Assembly (NCBI GenBank): GCA_031409655.1
Contig: JANNXQ010000017.1
Location: 1-21,070 of the forward strand
Source: Chthoniobacteraceae bacterium
Lineage (GTDB): Bacteria > Verrucomicrobiota > Verrucomicrobiia > Chthoniobacterales > Chthoniobacteraceae
DNA: 21,070 nt
Reading direction: 5' to 3'
The notes under the pieces: generated by a model
Told to the model about the DNA's origin: nothing
The model's database searches: none
What the model saw: only the letters and a program-made list of their open reading frames with translations
Part shown: positions 1 to 7,482 of the stretch, in pieces
Position numbering within the stretch: position 1 is the stretch's first letter
Layout: every line of letters starts with the position of its first letter
Translations under genes and position numbers: made by a program

Positions 1-1
1 A

Positions 2-478
2 GCGCAGAGCGTCGGCCAGGAACTCGAACTCACCCGCCGCCGTCTCGCCATGCTCGCGCTCAAGGCCCCGCTCGCCGGCATCGTCGTCTCCGGTGATCTG
101 CGTCGCGCGGAAGGTCAGCCGGTGCAGCAGGGGCAGGTGCTCTTTGAAGTCGCGCCGCTGGAGGAAATGATCGTCGAGATCGATGTGCCGGATCGTGAAA
201 TCAGCCGCGTGCGCGCTGGCCTGCCGCTGCGCTTCCGGCTCGAAGCCTTCGCTGGCCAGCAGTGGAGCGGGAAAGTCGATCGACTCCATCCGCGCAGCGA
301 GCAGCGGGAAGGCCGCAACGTTTTCATCTGCGAAGCTCCGATCCGCAATGGCGATGCGCGCCACGATCTCCGCCCCGGAATGCGCGGGCGCGCGGTCATC
401 GAGGGCGACCGCCGGCCGCTCCTCTGGATCGTCGGCCATCGGCTCTGGGACTTCATCGTGGAGGGGCTGCTCTGGTGA
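2..478 (+). CDS. Periplasmic adaptor / membrane fusion protein (HlyD/RND-MFP family), C-terminal part; 5' truncated by window edge
   Basis: Frame is open from position 2 (AQSVGQELELTRRRLAMLALKAPLAGIVV...) to TGA 476-478. It shows the lipoyl-half motif 'LKAPLAGIVV..EGQPVQQGQVLFEVAP', beta-barrel 'VEIDVPDREISRVRAG..FRLEAF' and the MFP C-terminal 'LRPGMRGRAVI'. Confidence 0.85.
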   Translation, partial: AQSVGQELELTRRRLAMLALKAPLAGIVVSGDLRRAEGQPVQQGQVLFEVAPLEEMIVEIDVPDREISRVRAGLPLRFRLEAFAGQQWSGKVDRLHPRSEQREGRNVFICEAPIRNGDARHDLRPGMRGRAVIEGDRRPLLWIVGHRLWDFIVEGLLW

Positions 479-509
479 CGCCGCGCGCGTCCCGGCACCA
501 CTTCCTTTG

Positions 510-2675
510 ATGGAATCATCCGCCAGCCGTTCCGTCGTCGAATCCGGCTCGCTGCGTCCGCAGCTCCGCGAAGGCCTGCGCTTTTCCGTGCAAGGCGAGG
601 CCGCCGCGCGGGTCTGCGTGATCGAAGATCCGCACACCTCGCGCTTTCATCGCGTGGGTCTCCATGAGTACCGCTTCATCGCCGAGCTGGATGGCGCGCG
701 CACCCTGGCCTCGATCCTCGCCAAGCTCGCGCGCCATGGCGGCGGCGAATCTTTCAGCGAGGCCGAGGCGTTGCAGATCATCCGCTGGCTCGCCGGCAAT
801 CACCTGCTGGAAATCGAAAGCGTCCGCCCAGCGAGCGAGCGCGGTGAAATGGTACGCACGCTCGTCACCGCGATCACCTGGCTGAATCCGCTCATCCTCA
901 AGGTCCCGCTTGCTCGACCGGATCGACTCTTCGCCGCCCTCGCCCCCGCCTTCCGCTGGGCGCTCGGGGGCTTCGGATTCGTGGTCTGGTGCGTGGTCGT
1001 GCTCGCCGGTCTCGCGCAGGTCGCAGTCGAATGGACGCGCTTCTCCGCTGGCTTCGAAGGCATCCTCGCCCGCGACCGCTGGCTCTGGCTGCTGCTCGTC
1101 TGGACGGTGCTGAAACTCGCGCACGAATTCGCCCACGGGATTTTCTGCCGCCACTTCGGGTCCGCTGTCCGGGAGATCGGCGCGATCTTCGTGCTCTTTG
1201 TGCCGATGGGTTACGTCGATGCGACCACGAGCCTCGGCCTCGCCTCAAAGTGGCGCCGCATCATGGTCGCCTTTGCTGGCATCTACCTGGAGTTCTTCCT
1301 CGCTGGTCTTGCCGCCCTGGCTTGGGCGCGCACGCCGGAAGGCTCGCTCGCCGCGACGCTGCACTCCGTGATCATCACCGGCACGGTCGTCACACTTTTT
1401 TTCAATGCGAATCCGCTGATGCGCTTCGATGGGTACTTCATCCTGAGCGACCTGCTCGGCATCTCGAATCTCGCCACCCGCGGTCGCCAGTGGATGCAGG
1501 GTGCGCTGAGCTGGCTGTTCCTCGGAGGAAAGTCGCGCCGGCCGGCCAGGCCGCGCAATCGCGAGGAAGGAATCGTCGCCGGCTACGGCATCGCGGCGGG
1601 CTGCTGGCAGGTGCTCGTCGTGACGGGACTGCTCGTCGCCGCGAGTGTGACCCTGCGGGGCGGCGGACTGCTCTTCGCCGTGATCGCCGCCGCGCTCTGG
1701 CTCGGCGTCCCGCTCTCGCGCGGTGTTGGTGCGCTGTTCCGGTCCGTGCGCGCAGAGACGGGCCGCGGCACCGCCGTTGCGTTTCGAGCAGCCGTGATCG
1801 CGCTCGCTGTCGTCGCGCTCGCTCTCGTCCCTTTTCACCGTTCGGTGTCGAGCGCCGGAGTCATCGAACTCGCTGACACGCTCGTGCTGCGCACGGAGTG
1901 TCCCGGTTTCATCGCCGCGACACACGTGCGCGACGGCGAGAAGGTCGAGGCCGGCCAGCTTCTCTTCGAACTGCGCAATGATGACGCCACCGCCGCCCTC
2001 GAGCGCAGTCGGGTAGAACTCGCCGGACAGGAACTTCGCGCGCGTCTCGCTTTCACTCGCGAGAACGTCTCGGCCGCGCAAGCAGAGCAGGCGAAAGCGG
2101 AAGCCCTGCGCAAGACCGTGGCGCAGCACGAGAGCTACGTGGCGACCTTGCAGATCCGCGCGCCCTTCGCTGGCCGCCTGACCGCGCGGGAGCTCGATCG
2201 CCTCCCCGGCGCTTTCTTCCGCGCCGGCGAAGAACTCGCGCACCTCGGTCGCGCCGACGGGTGCGACGTGCGGATCGCGCTCGATCAGGAAGATGAGCCG
2301 CATTTCCGCGCCTCGCTCGAGCAGGCGCTGCGCGTGCGGGTCGAGGGAATGGGCACCGATTTCCCGGCGACGCTGACCCGCGTCGAATCCCGCGCGACGC
2401 GGGAACTGATCGACCCCGCCCTCACCGCGCTCGGCGGCGGCCCGCTGGCCGTGCGGCACGTCGAGGAGGAAACCTCGACGGATGCGCGGCAATCCGCGGA
2501 GTACGAATTGGCCGAGCCGCACTTCGTCGCCCTCGCGCGCCTCGCCACGGACGAGCCCTTCTGCGCCGGACAAATGGCGCGAGTGAAACTGCACAGCACC
2601 CGCGCCGTGAATCTCTGGGAGCTGGCGCAAGGCCGCCTCGCCCGCTGGCTGAAGACCTTCACCGCCCAGGCCTAA
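510..2675 (+). CDS. Fusion protein: N-terminal PqqD/RRE-like domain + M50 (site-2 protease) zinc metalloprotease + C-terminal HlyD/biotinyl-lipoyl adaptor domain (~721 aa)
   Basis: ATG 510 chosen because the ORF-track start at 183 overlaps the upstream gene. HExxH motif 'LAHEFAHG' (1122-1136) and 'NANPLMRFDGY' NPxxxxDG motif (1404-1436) lie among several hydrophobic segments. The C-terminal part has 'VRDGEKVEAGQLLFEL', a coiled coil and 'IRAPFAGRL'. Confidence 0.88.
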   Translation: MESSASRSVVESGSLRPQLREGLRFSVQGEAAARVCVIEDPHTSRFHRVGLHEYRFIAELDGARTLASILAKLARHGGGESFSEAEALQIIRWLAGNHLLEIESVRPASERGEMVRTLVTAITWLNPLILKVPLARPDRLFAALAPAFRWALGGFGFVVWCVVVLAGLAQVAVEWTRFSAGFEGILARDRWLWLLLVWTVLKLAHEFAHGIFCRHFGSAVREIGAIFVLFVPMGYVDATTSLGLASKWRRIMVAFAGIYLEFFLAGLAALAWARTPEGSLAATLHSVIITGTVVTLFFNANPLMRFDGYFILSDLLGISNLATRGRQWMQGALSWLFLGGKSRRPARPRNREEGIVAGYGIAAGCWQVLVVTGLLVAASVTLRGGGLLFAVIAAALWLGVPLSRGVGALFRSVRAETGRGTAVAFRAAVIALAVVALALVPFHRSVSSAGVIELADTLVLRTECPGFIAATHVRDGEKVEAGQLLFELRNDDATAALERSRVELAGQELRARLAFTRENVSAAQAEQAKAEALRKTVAQHESYVATLQIRAPFAGRLTARELDRLPGAFFRAGEELAHLGRADGCDVRIALDQEDEPHFRASLEQALRVRVEGMGTDFPATLTRVESRATRELIDPALTALGGGPLAVRHVEEETSTDARQSAEYELAEPHFVALARLATDEPFCAGQMARVKLHSTRAVNLWELAQGRLARWLKTFTAQA

Positions 2676-2885
2676 GCTCCGGGGAGCATACGCGTCTTGC
2701 GTGTGGGTTTCGGCGTCCCGCCGAAACGAACTTTCCAGCCCGCACTTTCTCGCGAGCGATCAGCTACCCCAAAGCCCGCCGGGAAGTGCAAAGAGTGCAG
2801 AGCATTCGCGAGGGCGGACGCGCAAATAAGTTCGTCGCGGCGAGACGCCGCGACCAACACGCGAGACGCGGATGCTCCCCGGGGC
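2676..2885. repeat. REPIN/MITE-like inverted-repeat element, copy 1 (58-nt arms, 94-nt spacer)
   Basis: Arm 2676-2733 versus the reverse complement of arm 2828-2885: 49/58 identical by manual alignment. Each arm holds nested hairpins with 3-nt loops (gtttcggcg-tcc-cgccgaaac; gtcgcggcg-aga-cgccgcgac). The element fills the whole gap between two convergent stop codons and has a second copy at 17577-17815. Confidence 0.9.
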
Positions 2886-3701
2886 CTACCGCGCCACCGT
2901 GCTCACCGGGGCCAGGGTACACCGGGCGCCGCTGCGGAGTTTCCCCTCCGCATTCTCGATTGAGAATTTCACCCGCACCGTGCCGCTCGCCGCGTCGGTA
3001 ATCGGGCTGACGAAATCCACCGTGGCCGGGATCCGCGTTTGCGAATCCAGCAGAAGGAGGTCGAGTCGGTCGCCCGCTTTGAGCGCTTCGGTGCGATCTG
3101 GAGTGAGGAAGAGATTCGCGGCGAGCTTGTCGATCTGGACCACCGTCAGCACGTGCGGTGAGGCCGTGGAAACGCTCTCGCTCGGATCGCGTTTGATTTC
3201 CGTCACCACGCCATCCACCGGGCTGCGCATCGTGCGCGCTTCGATCATCGCCTCGATCTTCCGCACCTGCGCCTGCTTGATCGTCACCTCTGTCGCCGCC
3301 TTCTCGGATTCTTCCGGCGTCACGCGCGTCTGCTGCGAAAGCTCCACCACCCGTTCGCGCCGCGTGCCGGCCAGCTTCGCTTCCGCGCGCGCGATCTCGA
3401 GTTCGGCCGCCAGCACCGCGGTGTCCAGCTTCGCCAGCACCTGCCCTTGTTTCACGCGATCGCCTTCTTTCACCAGCATCTCCCCGATGACGCCTGTCTC
3501 GCCCGCGGAGACGGTGATGAGGCGGTAAGGCTCGGTGTAGCCGAGGGTGGAGGACTCGTCGGCGAGGGCGCTGAAAACACCAAACTCCAAACGCCAAACG
3601 CCAAACATCAAACGCAGAAACATCGAGCCCGCACACAACGTGGACGTTGCCCGAGTTTGGCGTTTGAAGTTTGGCGTTTGAAGTTTGGTGTTTTCTTTCA
3701 T
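2886..3701 (-). CDS. Short periplasmic adaptor / efflux RND membrane fusion protein (271 aa; alternative start at 3623)
   Basis: Motifs 'GVIGEMLVKEGDRVKQGQVLAKLD', a short helical hairpin, 'MRSPVDGVVTEI', 'VDFVSPITDAASGTVRVKFSIENAEGKLRSG'. The ATG lies 1 nt after the secA-like stop (TGA-C-ATG). Confidence 0.88.
   Translation of the reverse strand: MKENTKLQTPNFKRQTRATSTLCAGSMFLRLMFGVWRLEFGVFSALADESSTLGYTEPYRLITVSAGETGVIGEMLVKEGDRVKQGQVLAKLDTAVLAAELEIARAEAKLAGTRRERVVELSQQTRVTPEESEKAATEVTIKQAQVRKIEAMIEARTMRSPVDGVVTEIKRDPSESVSTASPHVLTVVQIDKLAANLFLTPDRTEALKAGDRLDLLLLDSQTRIPATVDFVSPITDAASGTVRVKFSIENAEGKLRSGARCTLAPVSTVAR
3573..3695. repeat. Inverted pair of heptamer tandem arrays (6 x CAAACNN ... 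6 x NNGTTTG) inside the 5' end of the adaptor gene
   Basis: Left arm 3573-3615: g aaaacac caaactc caaacgc caaacgc caaacat caaacgc. Right arm 3653-3695: gagtttg gcgtttg aagtttg gcgtttg aagtttg gtgtttt c. 37/43 positions are complementary. The 37-nt spacer contains a small hairpin caacgt-gg-acgttg. Confidence 0.9.
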
Positions 3702-3702
3702 G

Positions 3703-5583
3703 TCAAAGGGTCTGCTTCAGTTCATCCACCCACTCGTCATTCTGCGCGAGGGCATGGCGTTGATCGCGGTCGAGGGCTTCGGCTTTGCGTTGGGCGCGCA
3801 GGAAGTGCGCCGCTGCGCTGAAAGAGAGTTCCCCGCACTTGCCCACTGCCGTCCGGGCGAGCTGCTGCGCGGCATCGGGAGCGTGGCGCAAGAGCAGATC
3901 GTCTTCGAGCGAAAGGAAAAATTGGGCGCCTCCTGGCTGGCCCTGGCGGGCGGCGCGGCCGGTGAGTTGGCGATCGATCCGCGCGGACTCGTGCCGCTCC
4001 AGGCCGATGACGTGGAGCCCGCCAGCGCGGCGGGATTCCTCCGGCACCGGGATGTGGGCGCCGCGGCCCGCCATGTTTGTCGCGATGGTCACCGCACCGG
4101 GTTCGCCCGCGAGTTCGACGATGGCGGCTTCTTCCGCGTCCTGTTTGGCATTGAGCACCCGGAAGGGAAAGCCAAGCGGGGCGAGCGCTTCCGCAAGCGC
4201 TTCGCTGTTTTCGATCGTGCGGGTGCCGATGAGCACGGGCTGACCTTCGCTCCGGCGCGTCCAGACATCGCGCGCCACGGCGGCGTGCTTTTGCTCGCGC
4301 GTGGCGAAGACCCGATCAGGCAGCAACTCCCGGCGCGAAGGCCGGTGGAGCGGGATCACTTCCGTCTCGAGGCCGTAGCTCGCGCGCAGCTCGTTCGCCA
4401 CCTCGGCGGCAGTGCCGGTCATTCCGCAGACCCGGCGATAGAGGCGGAAATACGCGGGCCGCGTAATCGTCGCTTCACTGGAATTTTCATCCGTGATGGT
4501 GACGCCCGCGCAGGCTTCGACAGCCTGGTGCATGCCGCCGCGCCAGGTGCGCTCGGGGCAGAGGCGACCGGTGAATTCATCCACGATCACCACTTCGTCC
4601 TTCCGCACGACGTAGTGGACATCGCGCCGGAAACGAAACCGCGCCCGCAGCGCCGTCTCGACGTAGTGCGACCAGCCGCGCTGGAGCAGGGGGATCACTT
4701 CTTCGGCGAGCAGCGTCATGGCGTGCTCCTCGCCAGCCGGCGTGAGCGTGAATTGCGGGGCCCTGAAATGCTCGCTGGCGACGAGTTGCTGCGCGACGCG
4801 ATCGGCGTGGAGATACACTTCCGGGGTGTCGCTCGGACGCTTCATCCCCCCGGCGATGATCAGCGGGCTGCGCGCTTCGTCGATGAGCACGCTGTCCGCT
4901 TCGTCGATGATCGCAAAGGCGTGCCCGCGCTGCGTCAGCGTGGGCCGTGTGGTCTTGCGGCGGAGCAGCACTTCGTGAAAGCGCGGCTCGGTGCGGCCGG
5001 CGGCCCGCAGCGCGAGCTGATCGCGCAGATAGTCGAACCCGAAATCCGTGCCGACGCCATAGGTCACGTCGCACTGGTAAGCCGCGCGTGCTGCCGCCGG
5101 ATTGGGCTTTTCGGGCAGCAGCCCGATCGTCAGCCCGAGCCGCTCAAAGGGGGTGCGGGCGAATTCGAAATCCCGCTGCGCGAGATACGGATTCACCGTG
5201 GCGACGTGGGCGCCGAGTCCGTGCAGGGCAAAACGAAACGCCGGGAGCAGCGCGACGAGCGTCTTGCCTTCGCCCGTGGCCATCTCGGCGAGCCGCCCTT
5301 CGGCGAGAGTCAGCCCGGCGAGCATCTGGCAATCGTAGGGCGCGAAACCATGACAACGCCGCACGGCTTCGCCAATCAGCGCGCTGGCTTCTGCCGTGAA
5401 ATCCGCGCGCACCGGTTCGTCGCGCGCCTCTTCGCGAAGCGCCGTCGCGCGTTCGCGCAGCCGGCCTTCTGACTCGGCGTGCAGGTCCGCGGAAAATTCG
5501 CGGACGCGTTCAAGTGCGAACGAATTCCGCCGCGCCGTGCGGCGCTCAGGCTCGAGACCGAACAGCGATTGGAGCGCACGCAT
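3703..5583 (-). CDS. secA: Secondary, C-terminally truncated SecA paralogue (SecA_DEAD-domain ATPase, 626 aa)
   Basis: SecA motifs occur in order: AEMATGEGKT, ATVNPYLAQRD, FGFDYLRD, IIDEADSVLIDEARSPLII, VDEFTGR, GMTGTA, GQPVLIGT, VLNAK, ATNMAGRG, GGLHVIGLERHESARIDRQLTGRAARQG, FLSLEDDLL. The protein ends ~60 aa later, so it is a paralogue rather than the housekeeping SecA. Confidence 0.93.
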   Translation of the reverse strand: MRALQSLFGLEPERRTARRNSFALERVREFSADLHAESEGRLRERATALREEARDEPVRADFTAEASALIGEAVRRCHGFAPYDCQMLAGLTLAEGRLAEMATGEGKTLVALLPAFRFALHGLGAHVATVNPYLAQRDFEFARTPFERLGLTIGLLPEKPNPAAARAAYQCDVTYGVGTDFGFDYLRDQLALRAAGRTEPRFHEVLLRRKTTRPTLTQRGHAFAIIDEADSVLIDEARSPLIIAGGMKRPSDTPEVYLHADRVAQQLVASEHFRAPQFTLTPAGEEHAMTLLAEEVIPLLQRGWSHYVETALRARFRFRRDVHYVVRKDEVVIVDEFTGRLCPERTWRGGMHQAVEACAGVTITDENSSEATITRPAYFRLYRRVCGMTGTAAEVANELRASYGLETEVIPLHRPSRRELLPDRVFATREQKHAAVARDVWTRRSEGQPVLIGTRTIENSEALAEALAPLGFPFRVLNAKQDAEEAAIVELAGEPGAVTIATNMAGRGAHIPVPEESRRAGGLHVIGLERHESARIDRQLTGRAARQGQPGGAQFFLSLEDDLLLRHAPDAAQQLARTAVGKCGELSFSAAAHFLRAQRKAEALDRDQRHALAQNDEWVDELKQTL

Positions 5584-5592
5584 CGCGGCAGC

Positions 5593-7371
5593 TCATTTGC
5601 CCGGGCGCGTGGACTTGCCGTCGCGGGCGCCTTTTTCGAGATGGAGCAGCGGGAGCTTTTTTTCGTCGCGATCACGGACGATCTCGACGGACGAGTAGTT
5701 CAGCAGCCGGCCCTTGGCGCGTTCGAGATTCACGATGGCGATCTGATAGTTTGCTCCGGCGCGGATGAATTCCTCCTCGGCATTGGCGCGGCGATCCTGG
5801 GTGTCGAGGACGGTGTCGAGGTAGTTGGCCATCAGCGTGTCTTCGCCCACGGCTTGCAGGGCGCGGCGGGCCTGGAGCGTTTCGAGATCTTCGGTGAAGG
5901 CTTTCACTGCCGAGTATTTCGCCTGCGTCTCGCGATAGGCGGTGGCCACCTCGCGCGCGCTGATCTTCACCTCGAGCAGCACGGTGTCGATGGTCGTACG
6001 GAGTTGGTCGAGCTGCTGGCGGAGTTCGAGTTTGCGGCGTTCGAGGCGCGCGCGGGCGATTTGATTTTCCAGCGGGATGCTGAAGACAAATCCTGCGCCC
6101 CAGCCCGGGGAGCCGGTGGAGTACTCGCGGCTGTAGGCCCCGTCAAAGCCGCCGTCGTCGAGTCCGCCGAGCGAGCCTTGAAGCACGAGATTCAGCTCGG
6201 GCATGAGTTCATTGCGTGACATTTTCTCCCGCACCGTGGCGGCGCGGAGTTGGAGAAAAGCCTGGTTGATCTCGGGCCGGCTCTCGAGCGCGGCCTGCGC
6301 GGCTGCCTGGCCGTCGAAGCTCGCCGGCGTCAGCACCAGCAAGTCCCGCGGGATGATCTCGATATTCGGATCATTCAGCAAAGTGGGGTCGCTGGTCAGG
6401 GCCTTGAGCCGGTCCTGCGCATTGCGCACGGCGGCTTCGGAGCGGACGAGATCCGAGCGCCGTGAAGCCAGCGCGCTCTCGGCGCGGAAGAGCTGGCTTT
6501 TCCCGGCGTCCATCTTCTGGCGGGCGCGCAGTTCATCGGTCACCCGCGCGGTGTCTTCGACGAGCCGCGATTTTTGCAAATAGGTCACGCGAGCGGCATA
6601 GAGCGCCCAGTAGGTGCGGGTGATTTCGAGGAGGTGCGATTCGCTCTGGCGGATGAATTCCTGCATCGCGATTTCCGAATCGAGCCGCGCGATCTGGATC
6701 ACGGAACGGTTGTAGCCCACGCCCGCACCCTTGAGCAGCGGCTGCACGACGGAGACGGAGAGCTTCGCGTTCGATTGCGGATTGGGGAGGAAGTAGATCG
6801 AGTTGTTGTCCGTGCGGGAGAGGGTCTGCGAGACACTGATCTCTGCGCCAGTGATCACCTTCTTTTTCACCCCGGCCTCGAATGACCACTCATCCTGCTT
6901 GAAGCGCGTGGAGCCGCCGGTCGTAAGGCTGCTGCCGACGGGATCATTGGTGCGGTCAAATTTTCCCTGGAGGTAGGCGTTCGTGTCGAAGGCGCCCTTC
7001 GCCTCCTGGATGCCCGTCTCGCGGATCAGTGGCAGGTCGCTGAAGACGCGGATCTGGCTCGAATTGCGGATCGCCCGGACGTACAGCTCGTCCACCGAGA
7101 GGCGCTGGGCCCGGCTGGAGTCGCCGATCGTGTTGCGCTGGCCGCGAATCCACCAAGGGGAAAAATCTTCCGGCATTTTTGCCTCGGTCTGGTTCGCAAA
7201 GCTGCGATTTCCGCGCCCGGCGCTGGCCGCTTCGCGGCGGTAGCCCTCGAGGATTTCCTGCTCAACGGCGGTCGGCTCGAGCGCCACATTTTCCTGCGCG
7301 AGCAAGCGTCCGAGGCTGATGAAGACAAGGATCGCGGCAAGGTGGCAGGTGTGGATGATAGGGTATTTCAT
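5593..7371 (-). CDS. TolC-family outer membrane factor (~592 aa; alternative start 7398)
   Basis: Signal-peptide-like MKYPIIHTCHLAAILVFISLGRLLA-QEN, followed by two OEP-like repeats with helical and beta-strand motifs: 'IQEAKGAFDT', 'LSVSVVQPLLKGAG', 'ALESRPEINQA', 'RNELMPELNLVLQ', 'GFVFSIPLENQIARA', 'YQIAIVNLERAKGRLL'. Confidence 0.88.
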   Translation of the reverse strand: MKYPIIHTCHLAAILVFISLGRLLAQENVALEPTAVEQEILEGYRREAASAGRGNRSFANQTEAKMPEDFSPWWIRGQRNTIGDSSRAQRLSVDELYVRAIRNSSQIRVFSDLPLIRETGIQEAKGAFDTNAYLQGKFDRTNDPVGSSLTTGGSTRFKQDEWSFEAGVKKKVITGAEISVSQTLSRTDNNSIYFLPNPQSNAKLSVSVVQPLLKGAGVGYNRSVIQIARLDSEIAMQEFIRQSESHLLEITRTYWALYAARVTYLQKSRLVEDTARVTDELRARQKMDAGKSQLFRAESALASRRSDLVRSEAAVRNAQDRLKALTSDPTLLNDPNIEIIPRDLLVLTPASFDGQAAAQAALESRPEINQAFLQLRAATVREKMSRNELMPELNLVLQGSLGGLDDGGFDGAYSREYSTGSPGWGAGFVFSIPLENQIARARLERRKLELRQQLDQLRTTIDTVLLEVKISAREVATAYRETQAKYSAVKAFTEDLETLQARRALQAVGEDTLMANYLDTVLDTQDRRANAEEEFIRAGANYQIAIVNLERAKGRLLNYSSVEIVRDRDEKKLPLLHLEKGARDGKSTRPGK

Positions 7372-7427
7372 GGGCTGACTCGGGAGCGCTCCAAGCATGG
7401 AGCGGCACCCTCTTGCAACTGGCAGAC

Positions 7428-7443
7428 TGCTAGTTCCGTGCCC
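7428..7443 (-). promoter_or_regulatory. Putative sigma-54 (-24/-12) promoter for the tolC-secA-adaptor operon
   Basis: Minus strand reads GGGCACG-GAAC-TAGCA versus consensus TGGCACG-N4-TTGCW, with exact GG-N10-GC spacing, 30-60 nt upstream of the candidate tolC starts. Confidence 0.55.
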
Positions 7444-7453
7444 GGCAGGCTCA

Positions 7454-7469
7454 CGGCACGATCGTCGCT
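7454..7469 (+). promoter_or_regulatory. Putative sigma-54 (-24/-12) promoter for the giant protein gene
   Basis: Plus strand reads CGGCACG-ATCG-TCGCT with exact GG-N10-GC spacing. Predicted +1 is near 7480, immediately before GTG-ATG (7480-7485). Confidence 0.55.
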
Positions 7470-7482
7470 ATGCCAGCAGGTG

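Noticed and set aside
2697..2963. Short ORFs across both repeat copies sharing peptides such as SRRDAATNTRDA and KPAG
   Set aside because: The similarity follows from the DNA repeat itself. There are no convincing starts and they overlap real genes.
3573..3695. Possible CRISPR array or intrinsic terminator
   Set aside because: The units are 7 nt with no spacers and no cas genes. The repeat lies within a coding frame and has no clear terminator U-tract.
3685..5472. 595-aa plus-strand ORF (similarly 1245-2630, 5479-6219, 17841-19097, 19231-20913)
   Set aside because: Each is fully antisense to a gene with strong family motifs, and none has independent evidence.
7404..7417. Third sigma-54-like motif GGCACCCTCTTGCA
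   Set aside because: GG-to-GC spacing is 9 nt rather than the required 10.
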